Shown: positions 38,906 through 49,107, numbered from the stretch's first letter. The stretch: 64,000 bases of DNA from an uncultured Vicinamibacterales bacterium (GCA_964547975.1 CAZJRM010000001.1:5774-69773); one strand, 5' to 3'. Notes: generated by a model not told the origin, from the sequence alone. Numbers and translations: made by a program.

Positions 38906-39577
38906 GTGAACGCCGTACTGCTGTTGAGCGGGGGCCTCGATTCCTACACCGCCGGCGCGATGGCCCGCGCCGAGGGGTTCGATCTGCACGCCCTCAGCGT
39001 CGTCTACGGACAGCGCCACGCCATCGAACTCGAGGCGGCCCGCCGCGTCGCCTCGGCGCTGGGCGTCACCCGCCACGTCGAGCTGTTCCTCGACCTGTCC
39101 GCGTTCGGCGGATCGTCCCTCGTCGGCGACGGCGCAGTGCCCAAGGATCGGGCCGTCGATGCCCGGGACATCCCGAGCACGTACGTGCCGGCGCGGAACA
39201 CGATCTTCCTGTCGCTGGCGCTGGGATGGGCCGAGTCGCTCGGGGCGCGCGACATCGTCATCGGCGTGAACGCGCTCGACTACTCGGGCTACCCGGACTG
39301 CCGGCCCGAGTTCGTCCGGGCATTCGAGCACCTCGCGAGCGTCGCGACGCGCGCCGGCGTGGAAGGACGGCGCGTCAGGGTGCACACGCCCCTCATCGAG
39401 ATGACCAAGGGCCAGATCATCCGGCGGGGCCTCGAACTGGGGCTCGACTACGGCCTGACCCACAGCTGCTACGACCCCGGCGACGCCGGGAGGCCGTGCG
39501 GCCGCTGTGACAGTTGCCTGCTGAGAGCGCGCGGATTTGCAGAGGCCGGCGTGCCGGACCCTGTCCTGTCGCGTTGA
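38906..39577 (+). CDS. queC: 7-cyano-7-deazaguanine synthase QueC
   Basis: PP-loop LLLSGGLDS and C-terminal zinc Cys cluster ([12 protein letters not shown]). GTG start. Confidence 0.9.
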   Translation: MNAVLLLSGGLDSYTAGAMARAEGFDLHALSVVYGQRHAIELEAARRVASALGVTRHVELFLDLSAFGGSSLVGDGAVPKDRAVDARDIPSTYVPARNTIFLSLALGWAESLGARDIVIGVNALDYSGYPDCRPEFVRAFEHLASVATRAGVEGRRVRVHTPLIEMTKGQIIRRGLELGLDYGLTHSCYDPGDAGRPCGRCDSCLLRARGFAEAGVPDPVLSR

Positions 39578-39580
39578 ACA

Positions 39581-39635
39581 CGTGGCGTCCGGCTTCAGCC
39601 GGACGCGGCAGGGCTGGCTGAAGCCAGCCCCCACG
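39581..39635. repeat. REP-like doublet R5/R6 in inverted orientation
   Basis: CGTGGC-GTCCGGC/TTCA/GCCGGAC (39581-39604) and GGGCTGGC/TGAA/GCCAGCCC-CCACG (39611-39635). Confidence 0.8.
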
Positions 39636-39669
39636 CGAGCCGAAAGTCGCGAGCCGAAAGCCGAAAGCC
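39635..39669 (+). repeat. Heptanucleotide tract C (5 units)
   Basis: GCGAGCC GAAAGTC GCGAGCC GAAAGCC GAAAGCC, ending 6 nt before the ATG at 39676. Confidence 0.75.
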
Positions 39670-39675
39670 GTCCCT

Positions 39676-40878
39676 ATGACCGATCGTCTCTACTACTCCG
39701 ATTCGAACGGCCTCGAATTCGACGCCATCGTGCAGGCCTGCGAGACCGTGGATGGCCGCAGCCAGGTCACGCTGGACAGGACCGCGTTCTACCCGACCTC
39801 CGGCGGCCAGCCGTACGACACCGGCACGCTCGGTGACGCGTCCGTGACCGACGTCATCGATCTCGACGATGGGCGCATCGCGCACGTGGTCGATCGCCCG
39901 CTCGCGCCGGGCGCGACGGTGCGCGGGCGCATCGATGCCGCGCGGCGGTTCGATCACATGCAGCAGCACACCGGCCAGCACATCCTCTCGGCCGCGTTCG
40001 ACCGCCTGTCCGGTGCTCGCACGGTGGGATTCCACCTCGGGGCCGTCGTCTCGTCGCTGGACCTGGACAAGGTGCTGTCAGCGGAATCGCTGGCGGCCGC
40101 CGAGGACGAAGCCAATCGGATCGTCTGGGAGAACCGTCCTGTGGCCATTCGGTACGCCACGCCGGAGGACGCCGCCGGACTGCAGCTGAGGAAAGAGCCG
40201 ACCCGCACCGGGCCCCTGCGCATCGTGGAAGTGCCGGACTTCGACCGGTCGGCGTGCGGCGGGACCCACGTCGCGCACACCGCGCAGGTGGGTGTCGTGG
40301 CGATTCGATCGTGGGAGAAGCTGCGCGGCGGCCTCCGGATCGAGTTCGTGTGCGGCGGGCGCGCGGTCCGGGAGTTCCGCCGCCTGCGCGACACGGTCGC
40401 CGGCGCGATCCGCTACGTTTCGGTATCGCCCGAAGAACTGCCGGCCGCGATCGAACGCCTGCAGCTGGACAGCAAGGCACAGCAGAAGGCGCTGCGGGGA
40501 TTCCAGGAGCAGCTCGCGGCTCACGAAGCGGCGGCGATGGTCAGCCGGGGCGTGAAACAGGGGGACGTCACGGTCGTCGTCGAGGCGCCCGACGGCTGGG
40601 ATCAGTCGGGCCTCAAGGCGCTGGTGTCGCAGGCCATTGCACAACCTGGCGTCGTGGTCGCGGCCCTGTCCGCGTCCGAGCCGCGCGCGATCGTCATCGG
40701 CCGTTCCGCCGGCGTGGCGGCGGACGCCGGCGCGATCCTGAAGGACCTGGTCGCGCAGTTCGGCGGGAAGGGGGGCGGGCGCCCCGACCTCGCGCAGGGC
40801 GGCGGACTGTCTGGCTCGATCGACACGGTGCGGTCCGCGGCGCTGGCCGCCATCGGACGGTCGCTCAGCGGCGGCTGA
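39676..40878 (+). CDS. alaX: Alanyl-tRNA editing protein, AlaX-L type (AlaRS second-additional domain + DHHA1-like)
   Basis: FYPTSGGQPYDTG, zinc motifs HTGQH and CGGTHV, C-terminal GGKGGGRPDLAQGGG. Confidence 0.8.
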   Translation: MTDRLYYSDSNGLEFDAIVQACETVDGRSQVTLDRTAFYPTSGGQPYDTGTLGDASVTDVIDLDDGRIAHVVDRPLAPGATVRGRIDAARRFDHMQQHTGQHILSAAFDRLSGARTVGFHLGAVVSSLDLDKVLSAESLAAAEDEANRIVWENRPVAIRYATPEDAAGLQLRKEPTRTGPLRIVEVPDFDRSACGGTHVAHTAQVGVVAIRSWEKLRGGLRIEFVCGGRAVREFRRLRDTVAGAIRYVSVSPEELPAAIERLQLDSKAQQKALRGFQEQLAAHEAAAMVSRGVKQGDVTVVVEAPDGWDQSGLKALVSQAIAQPGVVVAALSASEPRAIVIGRSAGVAADAGAILKDLVAQFGGKGGGRPDLAQGGGLSGSIDTVRSAALAAIGRSLSGG

Positions 40879-40896
40879 CGCCTGTCATCCCCCTGT

Positions 40897-43032
40897 CTAC
40901 CGCGTCATGACACGCAGTTCGGCACGCCCGAACATCGCGGGCGCGCCGTCCTTCACGATCGTCTCTTCCAGTCTTGGCGCGAGGCCGTTCGCGTGGACGA
41001 CGGCCAGCCGGCGCACGCGGTACCGACCACGCTCGTAGTCGAACGTGCGCCCGTCGTCTTCGTGCAGGTCGAACCGCCCGCCGCCGCTGCCGTAGTAGCG
41101 CACCTCGAGGGCCGCGCCATACGCCCGGGCGGTGCGCGAGACCGCCTGCGCCAGCATCGGAATCACGGCACCGTCGCGGACGAAGAGCGGGAGACGCCCG
41201 CGCTCGGCACTGACCGTGATGCGCCCGCCGTCTCCCGCGAGGGCACCGGTGTAGAAGTCGTACCACCTGCCCGGCGGCAGCAGGACTTCGCGCGACCAGC
41301 CGGTCTGGTCGGAATAGGGCGCCACCAGGATCGACGGCCCGAACATGAACTGGTCTTCGGCGCGCGCGAGGGCGAGACCCTCGAGCACCATGGGCCGCAG
41401 CGGCGGCAACCCCTCGAAGTGGTACGCGGCAAACGCGCTGTAGAGGTACGGCAGCAGGCGCATCCGAAGTTCCAGCGCCTCGCGCACCGCAGGTGTCAAG
41501 GCGGGGAAGTGCCACGGCGTGGCGCCGGAGGCCCAGGCGTTGAGCTGGGCCAGCGCCGAGACGCTGACGACCTGCATCCGGTTGAGCCAGTCCCGCTCGC
41601 TGCGCGCGTCGCGGATCTCAGGTGCCCACAGCACGCCGGCGATCCCGGCCGCCGAGATGCCCGTGATGTACTCGCGCAGGTCGTACGCATCGCTGTAGAT
41701 CGCGAACGGGTACCCGGCCGCGATCCCGTTACTCGCGCGGACGAGGCCGTACGTGCGCTGGTTGCGTGCCTTGAACAGGCCGTTGAAAAACAGGTGCTGC
41801 ATGATCAGCCCGTAGGCCTGACGCATGGCGGGCGCCGGCGTCCCGGACGGGAACGACGCATGATCGGGCCACAGCCAGACGTCGAAGCCATCGACCTCGT
41901 CGATCTTGTACCCGCTCACGCCGATGCCGACGTGCTCGCGGCTGTGCTGCTGGAGAATAGCCTGGCGCGCGGCCGGCAGGGTGTAATCCGGGACGAGGCC
42001 CAGCCACACCATGTGCGACGCGGACAGCGGGTACATCGTGTCGTGCAGCCCGCTCTCCGGCGAAACGTACGGGTTCTCCCAGAGATTGACACGAATGCCC
42101 CTGGCGAGCAGCGACGACACGAAACCCTCGGGATCGGGGAATCTCGCCTTCTGCCACTCGAACGTGCACGGGTAGGACTTCGTCATCCATCCCGGCTCCA
42201 GGCCGATGACATCGAGCGGGATCCCGTTCGCATCGAACGCCGCCACCTCTCTGCGGATCTGCTCGGCGTCGGCCGTCGCGTGGACACGATGCCAGAACCC
42301 GAGACCCCACAGGGGCGGCAGCGCGCCGCCGCCGCCGAACAGATTGAAGCGGGACACCACGTCGGCGAGGTCGTCGCCTGCGAGGATGACGACCTCCGCC
42401 CCTGGGCCGTCGATGAACAGTTCGACGGCATCGCTGAGGGGCTGCGCCTGCCAGCGTGAGACCGGCGCGCCCGGCGGCGGGTTTCGGTCCACCGGCGGCG
42501 GGTTGTTCGGGGAATCCTTGCGGTTTCCGACCCGCGCGTAGACCTTGAGGAAGCGGGCCGTGTCGACGAACACCCCGTAACCGCGGCTGGAGACGTAGAA
42601 CGGCACCGGGGCGTGCGTGCGCCCGCCACCGCTCGACCAGTGATCCACGTTCAGCGTCAGAACCGCCTGGCTCTTGTCGAGTCCGTCGAACTGGAGCCCG
42701 AATCCAAAGAGCTTCTCACCGGGCTCGCTCGGGACACGAATCACCACGCGCCCGTCCGCCGTCCGTGCGAAGGATACGGGAGACGCGGCGAACGGGAACG
42801 GCGGCCTCGACCGCCGCGCGAGCGCGTCCAGTCGCGGCGGCGCCGCGGCCAGGTCCGTGTACCGCAGTTCGCGGCTGGCGTCGCCGACCGTCGCGCGCCA
42901 GATCCCCGGCGCGATCGGGGCCCACGCGGTGACGGGGGTGAGACCTGGGGGCGGATTGCCAGGCGGCAGGGCGGCTGGCGAAACCGTGAGCAGGCCGGCG
43001 GCAATCAGGCAGGCAGCGAGGATGGTGCGCAC
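40897..43032 (-). CDS. Secreted glycoside hydrolase family 31 (alpha-glucosidase/xylosidase-like)
   Basis: Signal peptide. GIPLDVIGLEPGWM and the GYKIDEVDG nucleophile-region pattern, at GH31-typical length. Confidence 0.8.
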   Translation of the reverse strand: MRTILAACLIAAGLLTVSPAALPPGNPPPGLTPVTAWAPIAPGIWRATVGDASRELRYTDLAAAPPRLDALARRSRPPFPFAASPVSFARTADGRVVIRVPSEPGEKLFGFGLQFDGLDKSQAVLTLNVDHWSSGGGRTHAPVPFYVSSRGYGVFVDTARFLKVYARVGNRKDSPNNPPPVDRNPPPGAPVSRWQAQPLSDAVELFIDGPGAEVVILAGDDLADVVSRFNLFGGGGALPPLWGLGFWHRVHATADAEQIRREVAAFDANGIPLDVIGLEPGWMTKSYPCTFEWQKARFPDPEGFVSSLLARGIRVNLWENPYVSPESGLHDTMYPLSASHMVWLGLVPDYTLPAARQAILQQHSREHVGIGVSGYKIDEVDGFDVWLWPDHASFPSGTPAPAMRQAYGLIMQHLFFNGLFKARNQRTYGLVRASNGIAAGYPFAIYSDAYDLREYITGISAAGIAGVLWAPEIRDARSERDWLNRMQVVSVSALAQLNAWASGATPWHFPALTPAVREALELRMRLLPYLYSAFAAYHFEGLPPLRPMVLEGLALARAEDQFMFGPSILVAPYSDQTGWSREVLLPPGRWYDFYTGALAGDGGRITVSAERGRLPLFVRDGAVIPMLAQAVSRTARAYGAALEVRYYGSGGGRFDLHEDDGRTFDYERGRYRVRRLAVVHANGLAPRLEETIVKDGAPAMFGRAELRVMTR

Positions 43033-43045
43033 GTGCGCATTCTAA

Positions 43046-43906
43046 CTACCGCCGCAGGCGGACCGGCGACTCTTCTTCGACGGGCACCGGTTTCGGCCGG
43101 GGATTCCGGCCGAGGCGATCGATCCACTCCCAGTCGGCCGCGGGTACTGCCGGCGCCGACGCGATCGTCTCGGCGCGCACCTTGACCGCGCGCAGCCACA
43201 TCAGGCGGATCAGGCCGCTGCCCGGCGCGATGACGCGCCAATACCGGGCGAACGTAGCCCGCGAGGCGTCGTCGGTCGCGTCCACGCGTGTGTCCGTCCG
43301 CAACATCGTCATGCCGCCCCGGCCGGGTGAGATCCGGAAACCAATGGTGGCTTTGGCGAACCCGGGCTGCAGCAGCGCCTTGAACGACTCGGGCGTCGAG
43401 CCAAGAGCCAGGCGGACACCGGCCGGCGCCAGGACCACCGCCCCAATGACGTGCTCGACTCCAGGGGTGGTCGCGAGCGTGATGAACGACGTCCGCGTGG
43501 CCACCTGGAGGAGGGGCACGCCGTCCGGCGGGTTCAGGATGCTCTCCGGGCCTTCGGCGGCGCCACGCCGGATCCACACCAGCGTCCTGTACAGCGGGAT
43601 CTCGTCCGCACTGACGCTCAGCAGGGCGCTGTAGACCTGGCCTGCGCTTGCGCGGATCGGGATCTCGTGGTGTTCGTCGAACTGGTAGACCGGGGCGAAC
43701 TCGTCGAGCGCCGTGGTGCCGCCGACGACCGACATCTCGTCAGCGGGCCAGCCGGTCACCGTCGAGACGCTGACCGCTCCGGCCAGCGTCACGGCGCCCG
43801 CGACCCAGCGGTTCCTGATACCAGCGACGCGCAACGGGACGACCAGCGAGATGACGCCGATGGCCGTGACGGCCGCCGACACGTACAGCAGAACCGACAG
43901 CAGCAT
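43046..43906 (-). CDS. Hypothetical membrane-anchored protein
   Basis: 286-aa ORF with two N-terminal TM helices. It is tightly packed between dacB (1-nt overlap) and GH31 (13-nt gap). I recognise no motif. Confidence 0.5.
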   Translation of the reverse strand: MLLSVLLYVSAAVTAIGVISLVVPLRVAGIRNRWVAGAVTLAGAVSVSTVTGWPADEMSVVGGTTALDEFAPVYQFDEHHEIPIRASAGQVYSALLSVSADEIPLYRTLVWIRRGAAEGPESILNPPDGVPLLQVATRTSFITLATTPGVEHVIGAVVLAPAGVRLALGSTPESFKALLQPGFAKATIGFRISPGRGGMTMLRTDTRVDATDDASRATFARYWRVIAPGSGLIRLMWLRAVKVRAETIASAPAVPAADWEWIDRLGRNPRPKPVPVEEESPVRLRR

Positions 43907-45417
43907 CAGCGGCGCCGGAACTGCGCCAGACGGGCCACCATTCGATCGACGATGGCGTCGGCATCGGACTGCGGCACGTTGAAGTTGTTGACGACGAACG
44001 AGAAGACGAGTGGCTCGCCGTCGGCGGAGGTCACGTAGCCGGACAACGCGCGGGCGTTGGCGATGGATCCCGTCTTGGCACGGGCGTTGTTTTCGGCCTT
44101 CGTGCCCTTCAGGCGGCCGCCAATCGTGCCGTCCACTCCCGCGTTGGGCAGCGCGTCCGTGTAAGGACCGCGATGCGCCGGATCATCGTACATCCGCGTG
44201 AGGACGCGCACGAGGAGATCCGCCGTGAGGTAGTTGTAGCGCGAGAGTCCCGATCCGTCGGCCTGCAGATACCGATCCGGCGCGATGCCCCACGCGGCCA
44301 GCGTGTCCGCCACGACCTTGCGCCCCGCCGATGCCGACCCCTGCGGCAGCGTGCCGTCCGGTGCCGGCTGCCGGCCCGCCAGCGCGAGCATCGTGTCCGC
44401 GTAGAGGTTCTGGCTCACCTTCAGCAGCACCTTGAGGATCTCCGCCAGCGGCGGCGAGGTCCACGTCGCCAGTGTGCGTGCGGCGGTCATGTCTGGCGGT
44501 TGCGGCAGCGCATCGATATCGAACGCGTCGCCATCCACCCGGACGCCGCGTTCGACCAGGGCGGCCCTGAGCACGCCGGCCGTGAACAGCGTCGGGTTGT
44601 CGACCGAGACCGATCGCGTCACGTCCTTCCGTCCCGCGGGCAACGTGCCCGTCACCGTCAGTTCGGAGCTTCCTGGCAGTCGTCGGTATTCGAGACTGAC
44701 GGGCGCATCGGCGGAGCCGGTCGTCACGCCGCTGACGATCGTCAGCCCGTGGCCGGCGGGGAATCCCTCGATGGCCACGCGGTCGCCCACGGCCGCGCCC
44801 GGCGTGAAACGCAACTGGATCACGTTCTCGTTGAACGAGAGGCCACTGGTCGGCGCCGCGTACCCCGCGGACAGGTAGTCCCACGACCACCCCTGGCCGA
44901 GCCCCACGTCATCGAGCACGTTGTCGTCACCGACAATCCGCCCGGCGATCCTGGAAACACCCGCCGCCCGCAACTGTGCCGTCCAGGCGTCGAGCACCTC
45001 CGCGGCGGACGACGGACGCCCGCCGAGCGACGGGTCCCCGCTGCCGACGATGACGAGGTCGCCGGCCAGGACGCCGTTCTCGATCGGGCCGGCAGACACG
45101 AGCCGCGTGTCGAAGGTCCGAGACCAGCCCAGGCGTTCGGCCGCGACGGCGGCGGTGACGATCTTCATGTTGGACGCCGGCATGACGAACGTACCGGGGT
45201 TCAGCGCGAAGAGGGTTTCGCGGGTTCGCAGCGAGGCGACCTCGACGCCCCACACAGCGTTGGCGAACGCGGGCGCGCGGAACGCGGCGGCCATGTCGGC
45301 CCGCAGGGCCGCCAGGCCGGGCTTTGGCGGGACGGGCGTCGTGACGACTCTCGGCGTCCTGGCGCAACCGGCCGCCAGCACGAGCAACAGAACAGGAGCG
45401 AGGCGCGTACGACGCAA
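43906..45417 (-). CDS. dacB: D-alanyl-D-alanine carboxypeptidase/endopeptidase, PBP4 (S13) family lipoprotein
   Basis: Lipobox LAAGC, SxxK (ASNMK), KTG (KTGSI). Confidence 0.85.
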   Translation of the reverse strand: MRRTRLAPVLLLVLAAGCARTPRVVTTPVPPKPGLAALRADMAAAFRAPAFANAVWGVEVASLRTRETLFALNPGTFVMPASNMKIVTAAVAAERLGWSRTFDTRLVSAGPIENGVLAGDLVIVGSGDPSLGGRPSSAAEVLDAWTAQLRAAGVSRIAGRIVGDDNVLDDVGLGQGWSWDYLSAGYAAPTSGLSFNENVIQLRFTPGAAVGDRVAIEGFPAGHGLTIVSGVTTGSADAPVSLEYRRLPGSSELTVTGTLPAGRKDVTRSVSVDNPTLFTAGVLRAALVERGVRVDGDAFDIDALPQPPDMTAARTLATWTSPPLAEILKVLLKVSQNLYADTMLALAGRQPAPDGTLPQGSASAGRKVVADTLAAWGIAPDRYLQADGSGLSRYNYLTADLLVRVLTRMYDDPAHRGPYTDALPNAGVDGTIGGRLKGTKAENNARAKTGSIANARALSGYVTSADGEPLVFSFVVNNFNVPQSDADAIVDRMVARLAQFRRR

Positions 45418-45421
45418 CAGC

Positions 45422-46750
45422 CTACTTCAGCGCGTCGAGGGCCGCGAGCGCCTCATCGAACCTCGCTGCCTCCACCCTGGCGGCGCCGGGTTCGCCGGCG
45501 CGTGTGGCCACGACTTCGGACCCGATCTTCAGGAACTCGATCCGCTCCTGCCGTTTGCCGTCGTCGAAGACCACGGTCGCGGTGAGGGCGGAGGCCGCGT
45601 CGCCCTTCGGCAGCGCGTCGAGGTACGTCCCGACCTGCAGGCCGGACAACGCGTTCAGCAGGGCGTCCACCTTGTCGCTGGGCAACGTCTTTGCCGGCTG
45701 CGCCAGCGTCCAGACCGCGGCGCCGTCCTTGCCCGTCGCGCGGGAGAACACCTGCGTCGTCCCGTTGCGGGTGAGTTCGAGGCGGGAGGCCTGGAAGGGT
45801 CGGAAGTCGAAGACGTCCTTCGGGCGGTACTCGGAGGCTTTGCGGCGCAGATCGTCGGCCAGCGACTTCTCGACCGTGAAGACCATCGGCCGCGCGGCAT
45901 CGCGCGCGTAGACGTTGCCCTGCCCGTCGTCCTTGCCCAGCGTCAGCGTGGCCCGCGCGCTGCCCGCGCCGACGTGGACGGTCAACGAAGGGACGCCGAG
46001 GCCCCACGTCGCGAGCTGTTCCGGCGTGGGCTCGGCGGCGGCAATCGACTTCATCTGCCCGGTCTGCAGCCGTCCGATGAGCCCTTCGACCACCGCGATG
46101 TCCGCGCGGCCGGTGAAGGGGGCCTCGATGGCCCATCGCTCGGGCCCCTTCTTCACGCGCAGCGTCACCTCGGCGGAGGCGACGTCAATCTGATCGACCT
46201 TCTCCCTGGCGAACGAGAGTATGGTCTTGTCGCGCAGATCGAACGTGGTCCGGTCGAACGACGTCTCGACGAACGACGGCACCAGGAACACCTTCCGCTC
46301 CCCCGGCAACTTCGCATAGAGGTCGCTGCCGGTGGCGGTCTTGTCGCCGATCAGGACACGGCTGATGGTCTTGTCGCCAGTCAGCCCGAACCCGAGTTCG
46401 AGGCGCGCGGGCTCCAGTCCGTACTGGGCGAGGTCGGACGGGTTCTCGTCGACGATCCGCTGGACTTCGAGCGAGGCCAGATTCGAAATCAGGCCCGACA
46501 CTTCCGTTTCGTCGGCCTTGACCTCCAGCGGCGCCGTCAGATGCCACGTCCCGTCCTTCCGGGCGAGGGCGGAGGTTTCCCCCTTCGAGGACTTCACCTG
46601 CAGGGTGTCGATCTTGTCCACCTCGATGGTGAAGACCCGGGGTTTCTGATCCGTCGTCGGCGCCGAGCCGGGCTTCATGACGTAGTAGATGTAGCCCAGA
46701 AGCCCGGCGAGGACGGCGAGCAGGACGAGCGTGGAACGGAAGCCGCGCAT
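45422..46750 (-). CDS. DUF4340 domain protein
   Basis: N-terminal TM helix, then a repeated beta-rich pattern typical of the protein found downstream of GldG-type genes. Confidence 0.7.
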   Translation of the reverse strand: MRGFRSTLVLLAVLAGLLGYIYYVMKPGSAPTTDQKPRVFTIEVDKIDTLQVKSSKGETSALARKDGTWHLTAPLEVKADETEVSGLISNLASLEVQRIVDENPSDLAQYGLEPARLELGFGLTGDKTISRVLIGDKTATGSDLYAKLPGERKVFLVPSFVETSFDRTTFDLRDKTILSFAREKVDQIDVASAEVTLRVKKGPERWAIEAPFTGRADIAVVEGLIGRLQTGQMKSIAAAEPTPEQLATWGLGVPSLTVHVGAGSARATLTLGKDDGQGNVYARDAARPMVFTVEKSLADDLRRKASEYRPKDVFDFRPFQASRLELTRNGTTQVFSRATGKDGAAVWTLAQPAKTLPSDKVDALLNALSGLQVGTYLDALPKGDAASALTATVVFDDGKRQERIEFLKIGSEVVATRAGEPGAARVEAARFDEALAALDALK

Positions 46751-48352
46751 CTACCGCCTCCGCCACCAGGTGTGGACGCCCAGCGCGAAGATGGCGCCGG
46801 GGAAGATGAACAACGCGAGCCAGCCGAGCGTACGGCTCTGGTCGGCCGTCAGCGTGAGGCGGCGATCGCCGGGTTCTTTCGGGCGAATCGCGATCAGATT
46901 CTCCTGCTGGGTGAGCCAGCCGGCGATATTCATGAACAGGTCGCGGTTGCCCTGGATGTTGATGGCGTAGTTGGCGGCGAAGTCTGAGTCGCCGATGACG
47001 GCGACGCGCGTCTCGGGTTTCTTCGCGTCCTTGGCCGCGGCGGCGGCCAGTTCGGAGCCCGCCGGCTGGGTGTCCGCGGGGGCCGCCGCTGACGCGGCAA
47101 TCGACACGGGGCCCATTTCGTCGCCCTTGGCCTGGTCGAAGGTCACTTCGCCGCTCTTCAGGAGGCCGGCGATGTCGGTCTCGGCCCAACTGCGCTCGCC
47201 GGTCTGCACGAAACTCTCGGCGTTGTGCCCGTTGATGCCGCCGGTGATGGGCTTCACCGACCGCGCGAGCGGATAGGCCGTCAGCACACCGAACCGCTCC
47301 GTAATCGGATGGGGCGGGTAGCTGGCGGCGACCGGCACCGACGCATCGGTGCCGATGAGGCGGCCGATGCCGCTGGCGTCGACGACGACGTTGCGGCCGA
47401 CCTCCATGCCCCAGTCGCGCGCGAGGCCGTGGATAGCGGTCAGGTCGGCGCTGTCGGCCTTCTCGGGCGGGTCGATCATCAGCAGGAGTTTGCCGCCCTT
47501 GCCCAGGTACGCTTTCAAGGCGTCGACTTCCGGCGGCAGCAGGTCGGTGCGCGCGCCGGCCACGATGACGGCGGCGGCATCGGTCGGCACCTGGCCCTTC
47601 TGGACGAGCACCAGCGAGTCGGTCGCGTAATTCTCCCGTTCGAGCGCCGCCTTGATCGTGCTGTACCCGCTCCGATCGCTGCTGAGCAGGTCGCGTTCGC
47701 CGTGACCGGCCAGGAAGTACAACTTTCGCTGGGTACCGGTGACGGCCTTGATGATGCCGTTCGTCAGGTCCTGCTCGTCGCTGCCGGTCACACGTTCGGT
47801 ACGGCCTTTGTACTCGAACACGACGGTGCCGTACGCCTGGATGCCGTACTGCCGTGTCAGGGTAGGCTTGCGGTCCGCATCGACGTACTCGACCGAGACC
47901 TGCTTGGAGAGGTACTCGTACTCGCGCAGCCGGTCCTTGAACTTCTCCAGGGCGGAACTCTGATCGAAGACCAGCACCTTGAGTGGCGCGTCGAGTGTCC
48001 GCAGGACGTTCTTCGTCTGGTCGGAGAGCGTGAACTGGCTGCCTTCCGTGAGGTCCCAGCGCGTGTTCTGGCGCACGCCGATGTAGTTGATCGCCACCAG
48101 GATGCCCAGCACGGCGACGATACTGATCGTGGCCATGGTGCCCAGGCGCGTCTGGCGTTTGCGGAAGGCCAGTGCGATCTCCTGCCACTGGGACAACGTG
48201 TAGATGAGGATGCAGACGAGTCCGGCCCACGCGGCCCAGTACGCGTAGTCGTTCCAGGCCGGCTTCAGGAACCGGATGGCGACTGCGCCAAAGACGAGCG
48301 CCGTGCCGACCCAGCCGATGATTCCGCCAATCTTCTTGATCATCCGCGCCAC
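46751..48352 (-). CDS. gldG: GldG-family ABC-transporter auxiliary protein
   Basis: N- and C-terminal TM anchors and a large periplasmic domain. It directly abuts the DUF4340 start. Confidence 0.75.
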   Translation of the reverse strand: MARMIKKIGGIIGWVGTALVFGAVAIRFLKPAWNDYAYWAAWAGLVCILIYTLSQWQEIALAFRKRQTRLGTMATISIVAVLGILVAINYIGVRQNTRWDLTEGSQFTLSDQTKNVLRTLDAPLKVLVFDQSSALEKFKDRLREYEYLSKQVSVEYVDADRKPTLTRQYGIQAYGTVVFEYKGRTERVTGSDEQDLTNGIIKAVTGTQRKLYFLAGHGERDLLSSDRSGYSTIKAALERENYATDSLVLVQKGQVPTDAAAVIVAGARTDLLPPEVDALKAYLGKGGKLLLMIDPPEKADSADLTAIHGLARDWGMEVGRNVVVDASGIGRLIGTDASVPVAASYPPHPITERFGVLTAYPLARSVKPITGGINGHNAESFVQTGERSWAETDIAGLLKSGEVTFDQAKGDEMGPVSIAASAAAPADTQPAGSELAAAAAKDAKKPETRVAVIGDSDFAANYAINIQGNRDLFMNIAGWLTQQENLIAIRPKEPGDRRLTLTADQSRTLGWLALFIFPGAIFALGVHTWWRRR

Positions 48353-49107
48353 CGCTCGCTGTCCACCGACTTCGCCGTCAGGAACAGCCCGAAAGTCATG
48401 AAGCTCACGTAGTAAATCACGTGCTTGGTGTCGATGATGCCCTTCGCGAAATCATCGAAGTGCTGCGTCACCGACAGGTACGTCACGACGGGTTCGAGCG
48501 TCGGCCCGGCCAGTGTGCCGATCCAGTCGATGACCCACAGCAGGAGGAAGACGCCGAAGGTCAGCATGCCGGCGACGATCTGGTTCTTGGTCAGCGACGA
48601 AACCAGCAGGCCGACCGAGATGAACGACCCGCCGAGCAGCAGCAGCCCCAGGTACGCCGTCACGACCGGCTTCCACTCGGGCGTGCCGAAGAAGAACAGC
48701 ACGCCCACGTAGACGAGCGTCACCGCCAGCATGGTCGCGTAGAGCGTCATCGCGCCGAGGAACTTGCCCAGGATGATCTGGAGATCCGTCAGCGGCGAGG
48801 TCAGCAGCAGTTCGATGGTCCCCGAACGTTTTTCCTCGGAGTACGTGCGCATCGTGATCATCGGGAGGACGAACAGCAGCACGACCGTCATGTTGAGGAG
48901 CAGCGGCCGGATCATCTGCTGGTTCACGTTCATCGTCACCGGGCCCATGCCCATGGCCATCTGCGTGCCCTGCCGGACGAACCAGTCCAGGATGGCTACG
49001 TAGAAGTAGCCGAACAGCAGGGCGAACAGGCCGATGACGATGTAGGCGATCGGTGACGCGAAATACGAACGGATTTCCTTGTGGGCGATGGCCAGGACGT
49101 TGTTCAT
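48340..49107 (-). CDS. ABC-2 type transporter permease (GldF-like)
   Basis: I trimmed the track ORF 48340..50397 to ATG 49107 (MNNVLAIAHKEIRSYFASPIAY). About 6 TM helices. Confidence 0.8.
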   Translation of the reverse strand: MNNVLAIAHKEIRSYFASPIAYIVIGLFALLFGYFYVAILDWFVRQGTQMAMGMGPVTMNVNQQMIRPLLLNMTVVLLFVLPMITMRTYSEEKRSGTIELLLTSPLTDLQIILGKFLGAMTLYATMLAVTLVYVGVLFFFGTPEWKPVVTAYLGLLLLGGSFISVGLLVSSLTKNQIVAGMLTFGVFLLLWVIDWIGTLAGPTLEPVVTYLSVTQHFDDFAKGIIDTKHVIYYVSFMTFGLFLTAKSVDSERWRG

